This document shows, one piece after another, positions 42,290-49,238 of a stretch of 49,238 bases of DNA (positions are counted from its first letter, which is position 1; each line of letters opens with the position of its first letter). Origin of the DNA: Candidatus Eiseniibacteriota bacterium (GTDB lineage: Bacteria > Eisenbacteria > RBG-16-71-46 > DASYSL01); NCBI GenBank assembly GCA_046598045.1, contig JBKJJJ010000081.1, positions 1 through 49,238 on the forward strand, written 5' to 3'. The notes under the pieces are model-generated. The model did no database searches. It saw only the letters and a list, made by a program, of their open reading frames with translations, and was not told the DNA's origin. Position numbers and translations under genes: made by a program.

Positions 42290-45267
42290 CGGACGAACAC
42301 CAGCAGGTTGCCGGTCGTCGCCGTCGGCTTCTGGGCGACGGCGAGGTCCGTGTAGTACGGCGACGCCGTGGTGTTGTTCTGGCGGAAGTTGAAGTTCGCG
42401 GTCGCGACGGACGTCGTCATGTAGCTCGCCGTGCCGCCCGCCGGATCGACCGCGTTGAGTGGCAGGATTCCAAGGTCCGTGTAAAGAATCCGCACACCGC
42501 CCGAATAGCCAGACTCGTTGTCGCGATACCCGAAGATCACGTCGTTGCGGCTGGCCGCACCGAGGTCGGCCGCGGCGATGCAGAGCACCGGTCCCGGAGC
42601 GACGAAGGTCTGCGTCAGCGTGAAGTTGCCGCTGCCGTTGCCGCGCCACCATTGCACATCGCCGGAGACCGAAGAAATGCGCGTGCCCACCACGAGGTCC
42701 ATGGTGCCGTCGCCGTTGACGTCGGTGGCGGCCATCGAGGTGACCTCGCCGCCGACCGTGTAGGTGTTGGTCGCGCGGTACCGATTGCCGCCGACTCGGG
42801 AATTGAAGCGCATGACGTGGATCGCGCCCTGGCCGTCGCCGGTCTTCGTGCCGACGATCAAGTCCGCGTTGCCGTCCCCGGTGACGTCGACCAGGGTCAT
42901 GGCCTTGACCTCGCCCAGCGCATTGCCCGGCAGATTTCCCTGCGGCGGGTAGATCTCGTCACGCGTGAACGTGCTGTCGCCCTGACCACGCCAGACTTCG
43001 AGCGTTCCCGTGTAAGCCGAAGTCTTCGTGCCCACGATCAGGTCGAGCGCCGAGCCGCCGCCGCAATCCTTGAGCAGCACCTGGTTGACGTCGCCCGCGT
43101 CGCTCGTCTGGTAGAGGCGCGGATTCGGCCGCAGGTAGCCCTCGTTGCCCGACGTGTTCTGGGTCAGCCACACGGCGATGTTGCCCGAGACCTTCTTGGC
43201 GAGCCCGATCACCATGTCCTCGCGTGCCGGGACGTCGACCCCGGCGGTCGAGGTGTCAATCGAGCCGGTCGCGATCGAGAGCGCCGACGACTGGGCGTTG
43301 CGCTGGTAGGTGAACGAGGTGTTGAACACCGGCGTCGTGTTCATCCGGTTGAACCACACCGAGACGTTCGGCGCCGCCGCATACTCGGAGCACAGGATCA
43401 GGTCATTGCGGAACCCGGCCTTGCTCGCCCACTGGCTCGCGTTACCGCTCCAGTCGAAGGGCATGAGGATGGCCGTGCCGAGCGCGAGCACGCGGTCGGC
43501 GGTGAGCGAGATCGACGTGAAGTTGACCACACCGAAGTTCTTGCCCGTCACGGATCCGCCGTTCGCGACCCAGATGGAGCCCTGGGATACCGTCCCCGTG
43601 GGGTAGTAGCCGGAGGGCGGGATCATGGTCACGGTATAGGGATTGGTCGCGGCCGGCATGTTATTCGGCACGATCACCGAGTAGTTGCCTGATGCGTCGG
43701 AGTAGGCGAACCCGAGGTAGGTCATGCCGCCATCCTTGGTCACGCCGAGCCAGGCGCCGGAGACACCGGTTTCCCCGGCGTCCAGGGTGCCGTTCTTGTT
43801 GATGTCGAGGAACACCGTACCCTTCACCGTACCCGTGCCGCCCTTGGTGAGCCTGGTGTACAGGTTGGTGGTTGCGCCATTCGTGATCGTGACCGTCGCG
43901 GGGTTGGTCGAGTTCACGACGAACGAGTCCGGCGCGGTGACCGTCACGGTCTGCGAGCCGGGCGAGAGGAACAGCGTTCCTGCGCCCGCTGCGTCGGTCA
44001 TGGTGGTGTTCGTGCCGACCGCCACGGTTGCGCCGTCGACCGGCGTGTCGCCGGCGTCGAACACGCTGTTCGAGTTGTTGTCCACGAAACAGGTGTCCTG
44101 CAGCCAACCGCCGGTGAGCATCGTGTCCGCAAAGTCGCGCGTCACGTTTGCCGGGCTGGCCACGAAGTCGACGGCGAGCGAGTCGACGCCGAACGTGTGG
44201 TAGCCCAACGGGGGCGTCTGCCGGAGCACGTACTGCCCCGGAGGGCCGGAGACGGTGTAGGAGCCGGTCGAGGACGTCTGCGAGACCGAAACCGAACCGA
44301 GACGCATGATCGCGTCGACCACTCCCGGCTCGCCGGTGTCGCGCACACCGTTCTTGTTCGTGTCCTTGAACACGAATCCGCTCACCGAGTAGAGCGTCGT
44401 CGTCGCCGCCGGGGCGTTCCGGATCGAGTTGACGTCGGTCGTCAGCGTGGCGCGCGGGTAGGTCCCGTCATTGCGCGGGCGCCGGCCCTCGGTCGTGATC
44501 TTGACCGTGATGCGCGAAATGCTCCCCAGCTTCGCCGCCGGGATCGGACCGTTGTTCCAGTTCCAGGGCGTCGGGTTCGTGCCCAGGTAGACGGTGAACA
44601 TCGGGGGAATGCCGGCGCCTGGCCCCCGGATCAGGCCGACTTTCTCGAGGCTGCCGCCGTTGCCGCCGCCCGACTGGACGCCGTAAACGCCGCGCGCGAG
44701 GACGAAGTCATCCGGGTTGCCCGTGCGCTGCGCCTCCGTGGCGAGCGGGGCCGACTGGTCCGACGCATCCACGACGCCGTCGTTGTTGAGGTCGAGCGTG
44801 TAGCGGATCGTCTCCGCGCCGGTCGAATACATCATCGACGGGAGGTACGACCCGGTGATCTTGGGCGGCAGCGGCGTCGCGAATGGATTGACTGCACGCG
44901 GAGTCATCCGGACCGCGTTCGTGTCCGCGAGCGCCGAGTCCGGCTTCAACGAGTTCAGGTTCGCGTTGATGATGATCTCGGTCGAGTCGACGTAGGCGAA
45001 CGGCGCCTGCGGCGGGCTCGCGTTGTCGTCGACCTGGTAGCCCGCAGTGCGCAGGTCGGCCACCAGGATGTCCGAGATCGCGCGCCCGCTCTGCTGCGCT
45101 TCGACGCGGCCCTCCGTGTCGGCTTTCGAACGCTGGCTGGCGATCATCACCGTCGCGATCACGGCCATCACGAGGGCAAGCATCACCAGCGTGACCATGA
45201 GTTCGACGAGCGTGAAACCGGCGCGGGCGGTGCGCGGCATGGAAGCAAGGGTCGGGGTCGGGCGCAT
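42286..45267 (-). CDS. pilW: Giant PilW-like minor pilin fused to SdrD-B-like repeats and an FG-GAP-like domain
   Basis: AG|FTLVE prepilin motif, 'DLRTAGY'; three 'F.D.N.N...D.G(E/D)..V' repeats; DVTGDGNADLIVG and DVNGDGTMDLVVG repeats. Confidence 0.75.
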   Translation of the reverse strand: MRPTPTLASMPRTARAGFTLVELMVTLVMLALVMAVIATVMIASQRSKADTEGRVEAQQSGRAISDILVADLRTAGYQVDDNASPPQAPFAYVDSTEIIINANLNSLKPDSALADTNAVRMTPRAVNPFATPLPPKITGSYLPSMMYSTGAETIRYTLDLNNDGVVDASDQSAPLATEAQRTGNPDDFVLARGVYGVQSGGGNGGSLEKVGLIRGPGAGIPPMFTVYLGTNPTPWNWNNGPIPAAKLGSISRITVKITTEGRRPRNDGTYPRATLTTDVNSIRNAPAATTTLYSVSGFVFKDTNKNGVRDTGEPGVVDAIMRLGSVSVSQTSSTGSYTVSGPPGQYVLRQTPPLGYHTFGVDSLAVDFVASPANVTRDFADTMLTGGWLQDTCFVDNNSNSVFDAGDTPVDGATVAVGTNTTMTDAAGAGTLFLSPGSQTVTVTAPDSFVVNSTNPATVTITNGATTNLYTRLTKGGTGTVKGTVFLDINKNGTLDAGETGVSGAWLGVTKDGGMTYLGFAYSDASGNYSVIVPNNMPAATNPYTVTMIPPSGYYPTGTVSQGSIWVANGGSVTGKNFGVVNFTSISLTADRVLALGTAILMPFDWSGNASQWASKAGFRNDLILCSEYAAAPNVSVWFNRMNTTPVFNTSFTYQRNAQSSALSIATGSIDTSTAGVDVPAREDMVIGLAKKVSGNIAVWLTQNTSGNEGYLRPNPRLYQTSDAGDVNQVLLKDCGGGSALDLIVGTKTSAYTGTLEVWRGQGDSTFTRDEIYPPQGNLPGNALGEVKAMTLVDVTGDGNADLIVGTKTGDGQGAIHVMRFNSRVGGNRYRATNTYTVGGEVTSMAATDVNGDGTMDLVVGTRISSVSGDVQWWRGNGSGNFTLTQTFVAPGPVLCIAAADLGAASRNDVIFGYRDNESGYSGGVRILYTDLGILPLNAVDPAGGTASYMTTSVATANFNFRQNNTTASPYYTDLAVAQKPTATTGNLLVFVR

Positions 45268-45272
45268 TGGGA

Positions 45273-45695
45273 TCACCTGCGGAAGTACGACACGAGTTCG
45301 ACAGAATCCGGCTTGAGATACGTCCATCGCACGCGGAGCGTCACCAGTTTCATGTCCGAAAAGCTGCCGGCCTGGGTCACGACCGTCCAGCGCCGGTTGA
45401 AGTTGCCCTCGTCCTGGAGGGCCAGCGTCTCGCCCGACGACGTCGGATGCGTGCCGTCGGTGAGCTCGGTGCTCGACCACGTCTCGAGCCGGAGCTGTTC
45501 CATCTTCTGCTGCGCGAGATCCGCCCCCGAGGTGCGGAGGCGGTCCTTGATCTGCGTTTGGGAGCCGAGCGGAAACACGTTCGCCAGGCCGAGGATTCCA
45601 ATCCCGAGGACGGTCAGCGCGACCATGAGCTCGATCAAGCTGAAGCCTGCGCGATTGGACGGACGCTGCGGCGGCACCGGCTGCGGACGCGGCAC
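45273..45695 (-). CDS. pilV: PilV-like minor pilin
   Basis: AG|FSLIELMVAL.VLGIGILGL, 'LAQQKMEQLR', 'F.RRWTV', 'V...V.W'. Start uncertain (GTG 45695 or 45722). Confidence 0.78.
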   Translation of the reverse strand: MPRPQPVPPQRPSNRAGFSLIELMVALTVLGIGILGLANVFPLGSQTQIKDRLRTSGADLAQQKMEQLRLETWSSTELTDGTHPTSSGETLALQDEGNFNRRWTVVTQAGSFSDMKLVTLRVRWTYLKPDSVELVSYFRR

Positions 45696-45715
45696 GAGGT
45701 GAGACCGGCGCGCGC

Positions 45716-46192
45716 TTACCACACCGACCCCGACAGATCGACATTCACGACGGAGGTATCGGTGACCGACGGCACCGTCGAAATCACCTTCACCTGGCCC
45801 GAGGTGCTCGGGCGCCCGTTGGGGTCGTAGTAGAAGTAGCTGTAGTTGGCGAAGTCCGCCTGGACCTGCTTGGTGCGATCGGGAAGGTCGATCGGGCCGC
45901 GCCACGTGGTGGGGCTGCTCCATGTGGTGCCCGTCCAGGTCTGGTATCCGGTCCAGTACTGGCTCGAGTTCGCGCCCCACTGGGTGTAGACCCAGTTGCG
46001 CGTGCCGTTGCTGACCGCCTTCTGGCGCGCGAGGCGCATCTCGTCGCTCAGGATGCGGGCGGCATCCGAAACATTCTTGGCGTTCAAGTATCTGACGAGG
46101 GACGGCGCCCCGATTGCGAGCATGATCCCCGCAACCACGAGCACGACCGCCAACTCGACCAGGCTGAAGCCTTCGTTCCGTTTCCAATGCAT
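45716..46192 (-). CDS. fimT: FimT/GspH-like minor pilin
   Basis: EG|FSLVEL, 'AIGAPS', 'RLARQKAV', 'Y.PNG', 'V..SG.V'. Confidence 0.8.
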   Translation of the reverse strand: MHWKRNEGFSLVELAVVLVVAGIMLAIGAPSLVRYLNAKNVSDAARILSDEMRLARQKAVSNGTRNWVYTQWGANSSQYWTGYQTWTGTTWSSPTTWRGPIDLPDRTKQVQADFANYSYFYYDPNGRPSTSGQVKVISTVPSVTDTSVVNVDLSGSVW

Positions 46193-46237
46193 GACGCTCC
46201 ATCCCCCCTCGGTTCAGGACTCCGTAGAGGTGACAGA

Positions 46238-46253
46238 AGCATGTCGTGTGCCA
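46238..46253 (-). promoter_or_regulatory. sigma54 (-24/-12) promoter of the minor-pilin operon
   Basis: Minus strand TGGCACacgacATGCT (GG-N10-GC), 45 bp before the fimT ATG; IHF-like cgCAAgcacTTG about 30 bp further upstream. Confidence 0.65.
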
Positions 46254-46500
46254 CCGGCGTCGCGGGAGGGCGGGAACCGTCAAGTGCTTGCGGCGCTTGG
46301 GACGAGATACGGCGTTCCGCACGCAGGCGGCGCGGTTTTCGCCGGCGGCATTGCAGGGTGCACGGGGCGGCGCGGGCGAAGCGCGTGCATCCGGGAGGGC
46401 AGGTGGTGCGGGCGGTGCCGCGCGCAAGGCGATTCCCGCGGCCCGGAGTTGGTCGGGCGGCCAGTCCCTGACCTCCCGGCAGGCCGTGCCGGGGGGCAGA

Positions 46501-47073
46501 TCAGCTCATCAGGGAGCCGCCGCTGGGCGTGTGGGTGGTGACCCACACGATCACGGCGGGCACGTCGCCCCGGTTGAACACGGTGTGCGGCAGGTCGGAG
46601 CGCAGGTGGAATCCGTCGCCCGCCTTGAGCTGGAACGAGTCGTCCCCGACGTGGATCTCGAGCTCGCCGCTGACCAGCAAGCCGCCCTCCTCGCCCGGGA
46701 ACGACAGCACGTCGCTGTCGGTCGAGTGCGGGACGATGGTCGTGCGTGAGGCGAGGATGCGATTACCGGGGATCCCGTGCGTCAGCGCCTCGGATGTGCC
46801 GCGCGGGGCCTTGAGCTCGTGCGTGCGCTTCTCGTCGGTCGCGCGCACGATCGAAACCTCGGGCAGGCGCTCGGTCTCGAGGAAGTAGTGCGGCTCCTTG
46901 CCCAGAGCCGTCGCCACGCGCAGGAGCGCCCCGACGGTCGGCGTGGTGTGCCCGCGCTCGATCTCGGAGATGTGCGTCGCCGACAGGCCCGCGGTCGCGG
47001 CGACCTGGCGCAGCGTCAGGCTGCGCTCCCGGCGAACCGTGCGGATGCGGCGTCCGATCTCACCCTTGCGCAT
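46501..47073 (-). CDS. XRE HTH + cupin transcriptional regulator
   Basis: 'IGRRIR..RRERSLTL.QVA...GLS..H.SEIERG...PT', cupin 'GEE...VSGEL...L..GD..H..S..PH...N.G'. Confidence 0.92.
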   Translation of the reverse strand: MRKGEIGRRIRTVRRERSLTLRQVAATAGLSATHISEIERGHTTPTVGALLRVATALGKEPHYFLETERLPEVSIVRATDEKRTHELKAPRGTSEALTHGIPGNRILASRTTIVPHSTDSDVLSFPGEEGGLLVSGELEIHVGDDSFQLKAGDGFHLRSDLPHTVFNRGDVPAVIVWVTTHTPSGGSLMS

Positions 47074-47080
47074 GCGTGCG

Positions 47081-47647
47081 TCAGAGCCCGTAACGGGGAC
47101 ATGTGGCCATGAACACGACGCACGGAGTGGAGCCGGGGTTCTCGTACGCGTGCGGCCGCGTGGACTTGAAGTGGATCGAGTCCCCGGTGACGAGCGCGAA
47201 GGTTTCCTCGCCGACCGTGACCTTGAGCTCGCCATCGAGGATGTGGAGGAACTCCTCGCCCTCGTGCGCCCGCGGCTGGTTCGTGCGGACCACGTTCGGC
47301 CGGTAGGTCTTGATCAGGATCGAAACCTCGGAACCGGGGAACGAGTTCGACAGCGACTCGGTACGCACGGTGCCGTCCTCGTCGAGCACGACCCGGCGTT
47401 TGCCGGGCGTCGTGTGGGACACGGGGGCGCCGGCCGCGGCATCGATCAGCAGTGCCGAGCGGGTGCCGAGCGCGCGCGCGATCTTCTCGAGCACGCCCAC
47501 GGTGGGGGAACTCTTGCCGCGTTCGACTTCGGAGAGGTGCGTGGCCGAGATCCCGACCTTGGCCTCGATGTCCTTGAGCGTCAGGCCGCGGCGGAGGCGT
47601 TCCTGCTTGATCCGCCGGCCGAGCTCGACGTGGCTCCCCGCGTTCAT
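47081..47647 (-). CDS. XRE HTH + cupin transcriptional regulator
   Basis: 'LGRRIK..R..RGLTL...GIS..HLSEVERG.SSPT', cupin 'HEGEEF..IL.GEL...GDSIHF.S..PH.YEN'; ATG overlaps the upstream TGA. Confidence 0.92.
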   Translation of the reverse strand: MNAGSHVELGRRIKQERLRRGLTLKDIEAKVGISATHLSEVERGKSSPTVGVLEKIARALGTRSALLIDAAAGAPVSHTTPGKRRVVLDEDGTVRTESLSNSFPGSEVSILIKTYRPNVVRTNQPRAHEGEEFLHILDGELKVTVGEETFALVTGDSIHFKSTRPHAYENPGSTPCVVFMATCPRYGL

Positions 47648-48900
47648 CGCGGCTCGGCGCTGGAGAGGCCTGCGTTGGCGGCCCCGCCGGAGGCGACGTA
47701 TGCCCACAGGAGCGCGGCCTGCCGGCGACTGACCGCCGGGGGGCCGACGTAGCCGCGGGGCAGCGGCGCGGCGTCGCAGGGGCGGGCGCTGGTCTCGATC
47801 GCGGCGAGCCCCTGCGGGAACCCGGCCTCGAGGTCGGAGCGGCTCGGCGTCCCCGTGCTCGGACGGTCCAGGCGGTTCCCGGCGGCGCGCAGAAGATCGA
47901 GCGCGTTGATGACGCCGCGCGTCTCGGTCAGGGTCGCCGCGACCTGCGCGTCGCTCTCGCGGCGTGGAAGGCGCGTCGGATCGAACGCCGCGCGCGCGCC
48001 GGCCGGCAGGGCCTTCACGCGTCGGCCGATCTGGGTGCGCAGCGCCGTCCAGCGCGCGGGAACCGCGGCACCTGCAGGCCGCATGGCGGCAAACGCCAGG
48101 CGATACAACTCTCCGCGGGTCAGGGCCTGGTCCGGCCGGTCGAGCGCCGACGCCGGAAGGCCACCGTCCTGCACCGTGAGCAGCAGGGGATCCGGCGGGA
48201 CTGTCAGCGCGGTGGGCGACGCCGCGACGCCGACCGCGCCGGCGAGGCCCGGCGGCAATCCGAACGAGTCGTTGCGCGGCCGCATGGCCGCGAAGATCCG
48301 CAGCGGGTCGACGATGCGCGCGTTCTCCCAGGCCTGGGCGAACGGCGTGCGCAAGGCGGCGAGCGAACCGGTCAGGCTGCGGAACTCGAGATGCAGATGC
48401 GGTCCGGTGGCGTGACCGGTGCGGCCGACCTTGCCGAGCGGCTGGCCGAGCGCCACGATCTGGCCTTCCTCCACGCGAATGCTCCCCGGAAGCATGTGCG
48501 CGAACAGCGAGAACAGGATGTCGCCGCCGGGCAGGCGATGCGCGAGGACGACCATGTTGCCCCAGCCGGAGCGGCGATCATTGCGCGTGCAGATGACGAG
48601 GCCGGGAGCGACCGCGCGCACCTCGGCGCCCTGCATGCGGTTCGCGAGATCGAGGCCCTCGTGGCGATCCCCGTGGCGGCCCAGGTTGACGCCGCGCGAA
48701 AGCGAGAAGCCGTTGTGGTCGCCCGGCGCGGGCTGCTGGTAGTCGAGAGGATTCCCCACCGGGTAGACCATCGTGGTGGCCCACGGCGTCTTCTCGAGAT
48801 CCCCCTGCGCACGCACGTTCGCCGCGCAACCCGCCCCGAACAGGGCGAGCACGCCGCCGAACAACATGAACGGAATCGAGCGGTCGAAGAGTCGGTTCAT
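47644..48900 (-). CDS. M23 family metallopeptidase, probable lipoprotein, with helical C-terminal region
   Basis: Zn motifs HEGLD and HLH, 'GWGNMVVLAH', 'G.VG.TG.ATGPHLH.E'; hydrophobic leader ending GAGC. Confidence 0.88.
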   Translation of the reverse strand: MNRLFDRSIPFMLFGGVLALFGAGCAANVRAQGDLEKTPWATTMVYPVGNPLDYQQPAPGDHNGFSLSRGVNLGRHGDRHEGLDLANRMQGAEVRAVAPGLVICTRNDRRSGWGNMVVLAHRLPGGDILFSLFAHMLPGSIRVEEGQIVALGQPLGKVGRTGHATGPHLHLEFRSLTGSLAALRTPFAQAWENARIVDPLRIFAAMRPRNDSFGLPPGLAGAVGVAASPTALTVPPDPLLLTVQDGGLPASALDRPDQALTRGELYRLAFAAMRPAGAAVPARWTALRTQIGRRVKALPAGARAAFDPTRLPRRESDAQVAATLTETRGVINALDLLRAAGNRLDRPSTGTPSRSDLEAGFPQGLAAIETSARPCDAAPLPRGYVGPPAVSRRQAALLWAYVASGGAANAGLSSAEPR

Positions 48901-49170
48901 GGCGGCCTTCGCGAAGGGGTCAGGGCTCGGCGGGGAGTGTTCCGGTCCAGCGGGAAAGCGAGCCCGCAGGAACAAGACCACGCCCCGGAGAACGGGTCAA
49001 TGCTTTATCGGACAAGAACTCGGAGCTCGATAGGGAAAAGCCTACATCGGCGCTGCCCCGCGCGCGCATGACTCGTGTAAACATATTGACAACAGTCAGT
49101 TAGTGGTTTGTTCCATTTCGCATCCTGCCGGCATGCCAACTGTAAAATTGTTCTGGGGCGCACACAGGCG

Positions 49171-49236
49171 TCACTTCGGGGGCTGGTTACGGTAGCGCGC
49201 CTTGAGCGCTCCCCAGGTCTCCGGGTGGGACGGCGT
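49171..49236 (-). CDS. 3' end of an upstream gene, ending ...TWGALKARYRNQPPK*
   Basis: Frame is open from the window edge to TGA at 49173-71 and encodes a TWGxLKxxYR motif. Confidence 0.6.
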   Translation of the reverse strand, partial: TPSHPETWGALKARYRNQPPK

Positions 49237-49238
49237 CG

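Overview
Very GC-rich bacterial chromosome segment. FlgD-Ig-tailed secreted proteases, a GWxTD-type protein, a kinase-TolB-like-TPR receptor and a C-terminal 'TWGxLKxRYR' motif suggest a diderm candidate lineage such as Ca. Eisenbacteria (inference only). Housekeeping genes include suhB, a UvrD-nuclease fusion, gltX, tRNA-Gln(CTG), tRNA-Glu(CTC), ileS, a deoxynucleoside kinase and a Nudix hydrolase. They are interleaved with envelope and secreted functions: C25, S8, M54 and M23 peptidases, two L,D-transpeptidase-family genes and a fimT-pilV-pilW-pilX minor-pilin operon. Most notable observations: (1) a three-gene module after tRNA-Glu made of a Ser/Thr kinase-TPR, a small beta-domain protein bracketed by Ser/Thr-containing histone-H1-like Lys repeats, and a giant secreted BNR propeller; (2) a roughly 990-aa PilW-like pilin fused to SdrD-B-like and FG-GAP-like adhesin domains in an operon with no pilY1; (3) a complete transcriptional Ile T-box riboswitch upstream of ileS; (4) a 34-aa basic microprotein absent from the ORF track as a separate call; (5) a lower-GC J-domain membrane protein gene. 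No CRISPR array, transposase or integrase was seen. All family assignments were made by eye from motifs; no searches were run.
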